A model generated the notes under the pieces. It was given only the letters and a program-made list of their open reading frames with translations, searched no databases and was not told the origin of the DNA. DNA of 64,000 nucleotides from Marsupella aquatica (lineage: Eukaryota > Plantae > Marchantiophyta): contig OZ316896.1 in the NCBI GenBank assembly GCA_973895155.1, positions 13,819,542 through 13,883,541 of the forward strand, in the 5' to 3' direction. This document shows, piece after piece, positions 26,924 to 39,472 of this stretch (position 1 is its first letter; each line of letters starts with the position of its first letter). Made by a program: the position numbers and the translations under genes.

Positions 26924-29900
26924 ATGGGGAGCATAGGATTGGGATTGCACGTCCAGCACAAGTTTTGCTGCGCCAAGGTGGTCGCTGGTAGCTGCTTCTG
27001 CAGAAGAGGAGTCTCCTGTCCTTCTTCTGGTTCACCGGTAGCAACAGCAAGAATAATAGCGGGGGCAATACCAGCTAGAGCTGGCCAATTGCGCTCGTCG
27101 TTGGGAGGAGGGTCGTCCATTGTGCCGTCTCGGAGCTTGTTCATGCGCACTGCTCTGTTGGGATTGCTGACTCCGGCAGGCATGTTCTCATCACCGCAGC
27201 CGGCTCACGCACGGTCCAGAGACTCAATTCAAGAGGTTCGTTCTGTTCTGTTCAATTCATGCACTTGACTTCTTGTTCTGTTCAATTCATTCACTTGACT
27301 ACTTGCTCTGTTCAATTTATTCACTTGACTACTTGCTCTGTTCAATTCATTCACTTGACTTGTTGTTTTTCAATTCACTTGACTTGTTGTTTTTCAATTC
27401 ATTGACTTGTTGTTTTTCAATTCACTTGACTTGTTGTTTTGTTCTGTTCATTCACTTGGCTTGTTGTTCTGTTTAATTCATTAACTTGGCGTTGTTTTCG
27501 TTTTCTCCTGTTTTCTTCATCGTGCTTGTGTTTCCTAAAATTAATCTGTTCTGTTCTGTTCAATTCATTCACTTGGCCTTGTTTTCGATTTCTCCTGTTT
27601 TCTTCATCGTGCATGTGTTTCCTAAAATGGATCCGTTCTGTTCTGTTCAATTCATTCACTTTGACTGTTTCTTTTTCGTTTTCCACTGTTTACTTCATCG
27701 TGCATGTGGGTCCTGAAATGAAATCTCCATTTGAACTCGGTTGATGACAGTCTCTTACGTTGTGTTAGTGCCCAGATCTGAAATTCGTCTCCTCTTGCAT
27801 AGTTGAGGAAAGAGGTACCTTACCGGGACCTGTAGGGATGGTGGACCAGAATGAACTGTAGCTTGCTCGGCAGCATAACTGAGCAATTCTAATGAGTTAT
27901 GATCTCAAATTGCTGTATTGATGATAGGCTCTCTCTAGTACCCTGGAAAATCGTGGAACGCAATGCCCGGACGAGAGAAGCACCCATGATCCAATTTTCG
28001 CTTTCTTTAGATGTTTGAGCCCATAGGAAGTCACAGAGCAATCCAGTGGTACGGTACTGATCAAACTTTGCGGAATATAATTGTCGTCCAGTAAATACGG
28101 TTGTGAATTCAATGTCTGGATTTGTTGGATACAGGTGCTGAAGACTGTGGAGTGGCCTGCTGAATTCCCTTTTAAGCGTGAGGATTTCCAGCGATACGAT
28201 GAGTATGTGGCCCTTCTCTTGAGCTCAGGCTACTTTACCAATAGTATGTGAAGTTTAATGTGCTCTTAAGACAAAACGTAATGGTTTCGGGCTGCACAGT
28301 CCTCTCGATTTCAAGTGAACTGTGAAAGTTTGCAAGTGTACAGGAGGAAACCTGTCCTGCACTTAATCAACTCAGTTCACTTGCGCCTGCCTACTTGCAG
28401 GAGTCCAGATACGCGCTTCTATGACAGTCCTCGATTTGTAACGCACATTGATGACTACGCTATCAAGGCTCTTTCCAAGTACTATGCATCTGTGTTTCCA
28501 CCTGCCAACACTGCAGGTGTTGCCATGCTTGACTTATGCAGCAGTTGGGTGTGTACATTCGCTCTTCAGTTCAGTCGCACTCCCAAGTTTGTTTATTCGA
28601 CTCCAAATGTACTCTAATTCTGGAGACTTTATGTTTGATGACCCTACAAATTCTCCTCACTCAGTTTGTGAGCATCTTGCACGGATTGCAGATCTCTCAC
28701 TATCCTAAAAATTACAAGCAAGAAAAGATCGTCGGCCTTGGGTTGAACGACGAAGAGCTCAAGCGAAATGAGGTACTATGCTGCATTTGCTCATTGCAAT
28801 TGAGCCAACTGGTTTCGCACTCTTTCCTTTTTAGTTTGGGTCCTCAATTCGCTAGAACTACATCGGCTGGCACGCCGCAATTGTTATTTAGACTTCTGTC
28901 TAAATAATTTGTAGGATTACAAATTGGTGGTCCGCTTACTCTAGTCGTCAATTTGTTTGAATTTTTTAACAATTAATAATCGATGCTAATGGTGTTCATG
29001 CAGATCTTGACAGAGTACGTCGTTCAGGACCTTAACGTTGATCCGAAGCTGCCTTTTGAAGATAATAGCTTTGATGTCATTACCAATGCGGTACTGTCAT
29101 TCACGCTTTTAAATAGTTTTGTTATGTTCAACTTCAAGCGTTGAATTGTTCTTCTCAGTCTATTGTGTTAATTTTGTTTGAAGTGGTTCTTAGTGCTTCT
29201 CATGACAAGTAGGACCTGCTGTTTCTTAGAAGCTTGAGAAAACTTTTAAGTCCCATTTATTTCTTATAGGTGAGTGTTGACTACTTGACCAAGCCGTTGG
29301 CCATGTTCAAGGAGATGATTCGTGTCCTTAAGCCAGGTGGGCTTGCTGCAATGAGGTATTCTCAACTGCCATTTTCTAAATATTTCTAGAGTCTGGGATT
29401 CTGCATTGCAAGAATAGACGAGAGTTTCACTTCGGGGTGGCACAGTGCTCATAATCATTTCCACCCTCCTGTAACGAGGAGATGCCCCATTCCCTACTTG
29501 ATTCGTTAGCTCCCCCCATCTTCTACGAAGAAGTCCTCTTCAATGCCTCTCCCAGTTGGTGTAGCCACTCTAAATGTATTCCAGCGATTTGTTTAAACTG
29601 TGCGATTACTACTATCAATTAGAAAAAGCTTCGGCTGAAGTCAACTGACTGTTTTCTTATCTTCGTTTTCAGCTTTTCGAACCGGTGTTTCTTCACCAAA
29701 GCAATTTCAGTATGGACATCAACAGATGATACAGACCATATCTGGATTGTGGGTTCCTACTTCCATTATGCTGGAGGATATGAGCCACCACAGGTACTTC
29801 ATACGCCTGTAGTTCATTTCGAAGCTAAACTAAACTAAATTGTTAGAATCTAGTTCCCACAGGCAAACTTTATTGTAATTGTTGCAACGCTTAATTAAGA

Positions 29901-30085
29901 CAGATTTTTGAGAATTGGGTATCGCCAAGAAGGTGGTCTTTAGTCTTGATGTTGGAATCATCTGCAAGTAGTGACATTCCTTGACCCCTATGTCGGCTAT
30001 TGTACTGCAGGCTTTGGACATTTCACCCAATCCTGGCAGATCAGATCCCATGTATGTAGTATATTCAAGAAAAGCCAGTGCTTGA
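26924..30085 (+). CDS. Plastid SAM-dependent methyltransferase (Methyltransf_11; At4g29590-like), ~325 aa
   Basis: Exons 26924-27235, 28135-28202, 28401-28548, 28692-28772, 29004-29090, 29270-29355, 29673-29793, 30011-30085 join in frame. Motifs: FYDSPRFVTHIDD, LDLCSSWISHYP, VQDLN, VSVDYLTKP, SFSNRCFFTKAI, ISPNPGRSDPMYVVYSRK. Confidence 0.92.
27237..27715 (+). repeat. Intronic tandem array (20-30-bp TTGTTCTGTTCAATTCATTCACTTGACT units grading into ~95-bp units)
   Basis: The repeats are directly visible and begin immediately after the intron-1 donor of the methyltransferase gene. Confidence 0.9.
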
Positions 30086-31550
30086 AAGTACTACAACATC
30101 TCAATTTGGTGGATAAAATGCATCGCAATTTTAGTTCTGGGGCCCAAGTTATCTGTGTTCTACAAATCCATTAATGGGCTAGTCCAATTTCTTGCAGTCG
30201 TGTTGGGGGAGCTACATGTTATCTGACAATTTTGTACCAGGATTTGGTCCAGCGAAAGATGCCTAACATCTTCCTATTGTCTGTTCCTCAGCGTTGTAGC
30301 TGCTATACAAAACTTGTCATGTATCATTGTATCTTGATGTATGTGTAGGTGATGTGTATATAGACCTCTGTTTGATGTAAAAGCGGCTTTTTCCTTTGAT
30401 ATTTTCTAGTTGTTGTAAATGTGATCTTTGGTTTTTCTGTAGCACTTTGTAGTATCATCCGTTGTGGGATAATTCTGCGATAGGATCTCTAGTGCTCAAA
30501 ATTTCAGGTTGGAAATCAATCATGTTCTTCAACAGACCTAGAATGTAGCATAGTTGACTTCATGATTAAATGAATATTGTTCGATGTCCCTAAATCAGCT
30601 ATTTTTGGAGACAACACATTACGAAATGTTGCCTTCTGCAATCTAGGAACTATTCGAATGGTCCTGTGAACCTCGTTGGTACTGGTCCATTCTCCCGCCT
30701 TGTCCACTTGTCTCCTGACACAGGAAGTGAGAAGAGGTCTGCCTACTCATGAGATCTCAAAAGGAAATTGTCTCGAGACAGTTGCTGTCCGTGCCCACTT
30801 TCAGGAATACCCGATCGTTGTGGCTCCCAATGTGGACATGAACTGTCTATAGTCGAATGAGTGTCTTTGTCTTCAGAATGCTCCACATTCGCCTTCTGCC
30901 GACTAGAATAGTTGTCGAGTAACCCAGTGCAAGCTATTCGATCGAGCATAAAAGTAACGTCATCCTTGATTAATCGTCAGTACTTACGGTAACGATTAGG
31001 TTGCAGGATTGCATTCTTGTTACTTGCATTGTAGGCAGCTCAAATGTAATTATTGGGTTTAATTGATGCAAATGTCGCTTCGCATACAATGACAAAACAG
31101 TCCATACTCACTTGGTTCATCGATAATCACATTGCTGTCTGTCTTGCATATCCTGGCCAACTTGAATCGATCTCCTGCATTGTGTTGTGTAACACTTCGA
31201 ACTGTCACGGCGCGACGTTGTCTTTACACCATTCTCTTATTCAGCACCTACGAACTCTGACTAAAATCTGTGTTGCGTATCAGTAGGTCTCGTAAATTTT
31301 AAAACTTCGATCCTTGCATTCATGGTTCACGAAAATTTGGCAGGATTTATAAGCATATGAATGAAGACAGTCGTTAATATGGTACATCGGCAGTACATTC
31401 AGCTCCAAATTGAGGGTTCGCCATTTTAACGGTGTGATAGTCTGCAATAGAGCGACAATCGCGCAATGTGCTGAGATAGTTTGATTATTCTACACTATCT
31501 ACAAATGTGGATGACTAATAACAACCAAAGCGGCCCGGACCTTACATTCA

Positions 31551-34304
31551 CTATTTGCCTCCCTCTGTTGGCAACCCCTGATGGATCCAGGTGCTCAAAC
31601 CTCCACTCAGATATGAGACGTTCTCTAGTCCTGCTTCCTGGAGCTCAAACACTGCCCTCAGAGACCTGTAAAACGAAGGAATGCAATGTCGTCAGCTGAA
31701 TGCCATTGGCACAAATTAAACACCTATTCCACTCTCATTACCTTATCAAGGGTACTTGTATTCACTTCAAAGCCCACGGCATCTGTTAAGAGTCACAACC
31801 ATGGACCCGCGCTCCTTGATCCTGTCTTGTCCTTTATTCTAAGCTTCAGCTCATCAGTGAATTGACGATGGCATCTATCTTTAGGGTCCAAATTGTTACA
31901 AACTAACGGGAGGGATTGCCGCCTACTGTTCAATTCCTCAAACCCGATATAAATTACCTACAAAGGTAGGTTGCATTTAGGCAGAGGAATCAAGAGATTA
32001 GGTTCACTGAAATGCCTCCCAATCATCACTTACCGGGAGGCTCGTCCAAATCTACGACCTGGGTCTGCATACTTCTTCGGTTTCGGCCCCGTCCTCTCCA
32101 CGAATGTACTCAGGGTTCCTCCAATACCACAAATCACAATAACCGGCTTTTGTTTGTCACCGTCAACGGCCTGGAGAGCTTGGTCGACAAAATTTGGATT
32201 CCGTTCTGTAAAAATGAAAACATCAGCACGTTGCATCACAGTCGAATCTTCTTCACTATATTAGTAAGTTATCACCCTGCAAGTATTTGAGATATCAGTG
32301 CAAAAAAACGGAGAGCCACACTACATGAGAGCGGCAAATCTACAGAAGGCTCAAAAGACTTCTTAACAGCTTGACAATTTGATAGACACCGAAGCCGTTT
32401 GCAGGCACCAGAGTTAATTATATCCACCTCGATACAGGTGGACTTCACAATCATTCTGGCACAACATGGCTAAAAGTTCAGCTCTTCGAATAGAAGACCA
32501 GACACAGGGAGGTGGGGATCCCACAAAGAAAGCATTATTCAGGTCTTACCTGTTCCAGAGAAGTCCGTGAGCAGTGCATACCCAAACCTCCTGGCATTGC
32601 ATAAGTAACAGACAACGTCAATTAGAAAATTCCCACCTTGAAGGCCCGTGCCCTGTACCTATCACAACTACATATCATAACTTGGCGGGATCCCCACCAT
32701 TCCGTGCTTCCTTATTGAAGACTTTGTCCATGTTATATTCACGGGTAAATTCAAACAACTCTATGATATTATATCAATTGTCTTGCACTATTCTGTCAAG
32801 AGTGCAGCACCCTGAGTACTGTGTTTAACTGGGTCGTATATTAGTGGACAAGAAAGTAACATATTTGGCAAAGGAGGTACAATAGTTGGGGAATTTCACC
32901 TCTTGGGGTCACGTCTCTTGGCATACAGTAAACTTGATTCATTGCTGGCAGTAACACTCATGTACAACCAAACACAAAACTACCACAAAATCATTTGGTC
33001 AGTGAAGTACCTCAAATTAGACTCCAGATCATTCCCTTGAATAAGCTGAAAAAGTGCTGCACCAAAAGAGCCTTGCGCATGGATCTGTAGCAGTAAGATT
33101 CCAGTCAGTCTCGTTTCCTTTTTGTTTTGTCTCACGGAGAAAATCGAGTGACAGACAATTTAAAACTCCGTCAGTCCCAGAATTGAAACTTTTGGTAGCA
33201 AAGCAATGCAATTTAGAAAACACCTCAAATGACGTGAAACCACAACCCTGATAGAAACAAGAAGATGAGATCCGGTATGACGAGATGGGGCTGTTAGTTA
33301 CATTCCACGAATCAGTTTCAGCTGAACCGCTCCAAATGCAGCGCAATGCCTCATTTTTAATTCCGTTACTGTACCAATAAGCCTAGAAACGAACAAAAGA
33401 TTGAATTTCAAAGTCAGGCTGCACCCTGATGAGTCTCAATTGCCTTAATTAGCGAGGATCCGCAGTAACTGCAAGATTTGCCTTCCCGCCCCCTTGTCCT
33501 TCAAAAAGAATTTTGAGAACTACAACTACGGTGGAAAGCGACTTTACTTGCCTTCGAGAATTCTTCAGGTTCACGGACATCAATAAGAATAGCAGCTCCG
33601 GATCTTGCCAAATCATATGCCTCCTGCCACTCCACACTCTTTACATTCCTTTCTGTCAGCAGCCTGTGAACCTCTGCACTTCAATCAAGTCATGAGTGTA
33701 TGAACGATCAATGAACTTCCGTGCACTCTGCTTTGAAGAATCTTCGCCAACTCAGATTACCGCAAGGTCATTGGCGAAGGATACAATTTTCACAATAGCA
33801 GAAGACTCTATACTAGCAAATAAGATGATAGAGACGGAAGGAGGAGGAATTGAGATGAGTTGCTCGCTTACTAAAAACGACTGACAGCAATCTTCTGTCC
33901 AGCCATCATCACAACACAAGCACAAACGCACCTAAAGATACACACCAATACAGCTCAACTCAGCTCAGACAGAGAATGCAATGAAACGGACCGGGCCATG
34001 CCTTGTAAGAGCCATAAAACCAAGTCTCCACAAGCCCCTTAGCAGACTCTTCAGGATTCTTCTTCTTAAGCTCTTTATCAGCATCAGCAATACTGTCTTC
34101 TTCCAATTTCACCTCCTCTGCTGCAGCATTCGGCAAATCCCTGCTAGCCTTACTGACCTTGATGCCCTTCAGGAACCGTAATCTGAACCCATTCATTTCT
34201 CCTCCCAATGAAATTCTAGAAGATTGTGCCTCCTTCGCCATTGAGCAATGCCACGGCCCTTGCCCCAGCCGAGCCACCGCCAGCTGATTGGACAAGACAG
34301 CCAT
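31551..34304 (-). CDS. Plastid rhodanese-like protein (STR14-related), ~278 aa
   Basis: Minus-strand exons 34304-33992, 33673-33552, 33084-33011, 32590-32550, 32205-32034, 31665-31551 total 837 nt in frame. Motifs: LLTERNVKSV..EAY..ILIDVREPEEF, IHAQGS, FSGTERNPNFV, IVICGIGGT, SRSLRAVFEL..G..NV.YLSGGLSTW..QGLP. Confidence 0.88.
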
Positions 34305-34786
34305 CGCCAGAATTTCCCTATCGAGAGGCGCCCTTGTGCTGAAGCAAAAACTGGACAGTTTAATTGAGTCCTCTGCTGTATCAAATCCACCTCGATTGCT
34401 CACTCGATCCAGTATTAGAGAATCCACACCATGGCATGACGCTGCACAACGCAGTCCACACCTTTGTCCCGGCAAGGTGGACCGGACACTTCAATTTCAA
34501 TTAGACTTAGTAGTTTTGCACGGAAATCAGAGAGCTCGGATGGGACATGGGAGACATCATTCGAGAAAGCTCATTCTATCCAGACAGAAAAAGATTTCCG
34601 GATGGACCCAGCTCGTGAACCATACAACCCCATCGAATGTGACACCCCTCACACTCACACTTTCACTGGCTGACGCTCTTTCCATTTCTGAAAAGTTGTT
34701 AGGAGCAAAGATTTTCTTTCAAATTTTCTTTTGCTATCGAATATGGAGCCAACTAGGCTGTTCCTGGGCTTTTTTTTAGCTTTTGG

Positions 34787-36331
34787 AATTAGTTGGTGTA
34801 CCCCTTGGCTAGAGGCTTTGTTTGAGAAAAAATAATGTATGTAATATTAGCTTTAGCTGAACTTGTGAGAGTCTTTTATGGTCCAAAATGCTCTGGTAAC
34901 ACACATTATTATGATGAGATAGTGTTACAAATTTTAGTGAAAGTATAGGGGAAATTACATAGCGAGCTCATCCAAATGTGATTATGCAATCTTCTTCATA
35001 ATGACCAGGAAAATGAGAGCTTTTAGCTTGAGTTTTGAGAGGCTAATATGGTCCATAATGCACTGCTAGCATGCATTAAAATACTTGAGATCTATGAGAT
35101 ATTTTAACGAATTTTAGAACATTAATAAATATGGTCCATAATGCACTGCTAGCAGGCATTAAAATACTTACGATCTATAAGATATTTTAACTAATTGTAG
35201 AACATTAATAAACCCAAGGTGCAGTTTTTTTATGTTAGTTGATTTGGGCATTGGATGGCACTATATTGGACTAATAAAGTGCCATGGGCACTCAATTGGA
35301 GTTGAGAAGACTACTTTGTCAAGATCTATTGAGAAGTCTGCTTTTCTCCTCGCTTTTCTCAACAACAAGCCCTAAGCTTTCTAGTCTATAGTTGAATTCT
35401 GTCTGTAGAATATTGTCGCCTGATTTGTCAATGTACTTTAAAATAATTGGAAATTCTGGAGATTTCACTGAAGTCTGACTTTGACAAGTTTTGAATTAAA
35501 GATTAATAGCCTCATGACCTTGACACAACTATTCACCAAATGGAGAAGGGCAGAGCTTAAGCTTTGAGAAGAGAGAAGTATGATTAAGAAGGGAAGTTGT
35601 TGTTAGTCATGTTATGTTGGACAAGTATGATAGATCTACAATTTGCATTGTTTAGATTAGATTTTCTCATGGAATCATAGTGGACCCATTGAGCAATGGC
35701 TTGAGCAGTTTGGCATTTCAACTGCCACACGAAAACTTTGCTTTGCAGACCAAAGTCAATGACATGGTTATCACAAGCAATTCTCAAAATCAGGCCTTTT
35801 CGCTACATGCAACCAAAATCTCAAGCTAAGAGAGTCAGAATTCAATCCGTGGTAAGTCCATTTGAAACCAGATCAATGTCTGATCAGCTGAATTGTATCA
35901 GTTTGTTGAGTTCAAGTTCCGACCATAGCTAGCAGTTTGCCTTAATTGCAAAAGGCCGGAAACCTTACTCCATGTGCCAATTACCCTTTAACAAGGAAGT
36001 TATCAAGTTAGTTATTAGTCATTGTTTATTATATAAAAAATACTTTTTAAATCTTTGAATTTAAGTTTTAAAATTGAAAACTTAACTAAAACGGTTACAT
36101 AATGACAGTTTTACCCATCTTGCTCTTTGCATTTCTAATTTTTATTATTTTCTTTTTACGGCATGGCGTCCCAAAATTTGCACCCAAATTGATGCAAACA
36201 CAAATGAAAACTGTAAGTTTGTCTGATTCACAAAACTTATGAGTCTTGTTTGTTGCTGTTATTGTTGATGTGGCACGCTCTGGTGCCAGGAATTTTGGAA
36301 GGGACCCCTAATGGGGGTCCGTAAATATATT
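34787..36331 (+). mobile_element. ~1.5-kb non-autonomous element, copy A (inverted relative to copy B at 47355-48788)
   Basis: Colinear with the reverse complement of 47355-48788 along its whole length. Its own ends are TIR-like (AATTAGTTGGTGTACCCC / GGGGTCCGTAAATATATT). It carries an internal ~83-bp duplication at ~35045-35212 that copy B lacks. Confidence 0.85.
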
Positions 36332-37222
36332 TCCAATTTGTGTTTTTAATTTGTTTTATATAGTCAATAGAGTTTTCCTTAAAACTCTAAACGCCAATAC
36401 TGAGTAGGTCTAAACCTTAGAGCCAACTCACGTGGAGCAACCCTCAACATTGTGACCCTTAGCACTCCACAAACAATCAGGAAAATGTAGATCTGTTGTC
36501 GGGCAACATGTCAAGTGCACAAGGCTGGTCGTGTCCCTCCATTGTACTTACCCCCTGAAGCTTATACAAGGCACACTTTGTTTCATTATGAAGTTTGACC
36601 TCAATGGCAGTAAGTTTTCAGCCCTTGCCCTTGGAACTCCAAAAGGTTTGCCCTCAGGCCTGGCACAAGAGGGGGGTCCAGGTATGTGACTCTTGCTCAC
36701 TTTTATGCTGGTATGAGTCAGGTTCACGGCCGCCATCTTCTGGGCTGCTCACATGCAAGTTGGCTCTTAACACTTAGGGTGAAGGGCCAATACTCACTTG
36801 CAGTCGATAGAGCTATTACTTTCCTAAGATTTCTCATGTTTTGTTTTGTTGTCACATTTCAGGCTGTTAATAATAGAGGATGACCAGATTTGAACTTAGG
36901 CCAGAATTATTGCGGAACTAGAGTCTGCCATATCCCTATCGCATTGTCATATCTCTTCTAACAAGGGACGGGGTCATGGCAAGATTCCAGAAATAGAGTT
37001 TTGGATTCAAAAGTGCAATTGGGTTGCAATCATGCAGGACACATACAATTGAAGTCGCAGTCTGAATGACGCACTGTTGACCAGCAAATGGATGACCCCA
37101 AAAAAATTCCGCTTTGCACCTGGCTGCAGTGGATGGGCAGCGTTTCCATCCTGGCGGAGCAAATGGGGCCCCTGATTGTTCGATCCTTCCATTGCCCTGT
37201 GTTACCCCTTGCAGCCATGCTT

Positions 37223-37691
37223 TGCACGTGGCTCAGAAAATGTGTCGCGCAACCACTGGGCACTCAAAAACTTGCTACGTTAGTTTTTTCACCACATTCA
37301 TAGCATGTCACCTATTGTTGTATCATATGGTGGTACAATAATCTCTCTCTAAGTGCACACTATGGGGTAAAGCATTGAGTAGGGGGTCTCAAACCTCAAA
37401 ATTTGATGGACCCTACCCTAATAGTTAAGGTTAGCAAAAACAAAACCCTAAAACCTAAACCCTTACGGCTGTGCCTTGCACATGGCTCAGAAATTGCTTT
37501 GTGGGACCACTGGGAACTCAAAATCTTGCTACATTAGTTTTTTCAATCACATTCATAGCATGTCCTCTATTGTTGTATCGTAATTGCACTACAATAGTCT
37601 CTCTCAACGTGCACACTCTGGGAAAAAGCATAGAGTAGGGGGTCTCAAACCCTCTAAATTTTATGGACCCAATCCTAGTAGTTAAGGTTAG
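37223..37691. repeat. Direct duplication of ~210 bp separated by a telomere-like AACCCTAAAACCTAAACCCT spacer
   Basis: Copies at 37223-37433 and 37477-37691 (TGCAC.TGGCTCAGAAA...AGTAGGGGGTCTCAAAC...AGTTAAGGTTAG). Confidence 0.85.
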
Positions 37692-38640
37692 GGACAGAAC
37701 AAGATTTGAACTACCAAATTCATGATCATAATTTATTGCCTTAAGAATTGGTCATTTGCCACGATGACAAGTCACTATAGAGGCTAGTAAGAAAGTAAAA
37801 AATAAAATTACACAACCCCTGTGAGAAAGCTATGACCATTTGTTTATGGCCAAAAGTCATCATCTGTAACTAGGAAGCTTTAAGACTCCCTAGTATGCCC
37901 AGAGAGACATGACTTTGTGGTAACTCACTTGAGTAGAGACTAATAGATCTTGGGTGCAACTATTGTGGCTCACTCTTCCCTTTCAGTGGAGTTTCACATA
38001 TTTTCCCTTTAAAATTATTTTTTTAAGGAAGACTCCCTAGTACACTTAACATGAGTTTTCACTATTTGATAAGTGCAACAAAAGTGTGGAATTGTGGTGT
38101 ACTTAATTCAATGAGGTTGTGCAAGGGGATGAAAGCCACCCAGGCAAAGCGATCATGCAAAGCGCCAAAGGCCCGGACAATCCGACACACCCAAAACCAA
38201 AACCCCAACTAACTGGTCAACATTACTAATCTGACCCCAAAACTAATTTAATCAGGTCCTCCCATTTTGTATGTGGGTTGAGTCAACTCAACTAGAGTGA
38301 CCTGGGATACACCCAACTGGTTTGTGGACACAGAGGATTCTGATTTGCCCAAGCTAACCCCTAAATGATCCAATGGTCAACATATATCCTCAACTTAATG
38401 TCAACACTCTGGCCTGCCCCACCCTTGACCAGGGGTGATGGGTGGGGTTGACCACATTCGACCCAACTTGCTCTGGTCCAAAGCAGGACCGGACCAAGTT
38501 GGGTCAAATGCAAAGTAACAGACTCAACCTAACTCGTAGGGTCGAAGAGCGTGTTGTGGTTACGGTAGAGGACCATCTGATGGTGAAACCTGACTGGATA
38601 TTGACCGTCGATCCTTGCAAGTTAATTAGAGTTACTCCTT

Positions 38641-38829
38641 AACCAACATTGAAAAAGATGACAAACTTATAAATAAAACTAAAAACAATGCAAAGTACAA
38701 TGTATTTGAACGAAGAAGAACGACATGCAAATGTTAACCAACATTAAAAAAGATGACACACCAATAAATAAAACTAAAGACAAATGCAAAGTATATTATT
38801 GTATTTGAACGAAGAAGAATGACATGCAA
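38641..38829. repeat. ~95-bp tandem duplication upstream of THF1
   Basis: AACCAACATT.AAAAAGATGAC...GTATTTGAACGAAGAAGAA.GACATGCAA occurs twice. Confidence 0.9.
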
Positions 38830-39472
38830 TTTCTCAGATCTCAGTTTTTGGCATTTGGGGGCCCCACCCAGCAAAACAGTGTCCTCCTTGGCTTCATGCC
38901 TTCTCGACACGCCTTCGCTCCCCTCGTCACTCCTCTCCTCCCCTCTCTCTCCTCAGCTCATCTCCTCCCAAAAAAAAGTTGTGGATAACTCGATGGGGCA
39001 CTGGACCGTTGCGTACGGGACGGATGGCATGGGACCGACCGATTTTTCCACTACCTCACCTCTTCGCTGCTGCTCTGCTGCTGCCTCCTCTGCCTCTGCC
39101 TCATCTCACAGAAAGTGCAGCTCCTCCACTGTTTATCACCATGCGGCCAAAGGAAAGGAAACGAAACGAAACGAAACGAAACGAAACGAGGAGCAAGCTC
39201 TCGCTCTCTGTGTCTCATTGTACCTTGTGGGTGGTCCATCAAGGTTTGGGTTCCTTCCTAGGAAGAAAGAAAGTCGTTCCTGCTGCTCGTTTCGTGAACG
39301 AGGGAATTGAGATTTGTTATTAGCTGAACTGATGATTGCTGCTGCTCTCCTTGTACAGACAGTTCAGTTTAGTACAGTAGTAGTGCCCCAGTTCCTTAGT
39401 TCAGTACGGTTGAGTTGAGTTCGGTTGGGAGATTGTAGCTTGCTGTTTGGCTAGATTGCTCTGGGAATTGCA

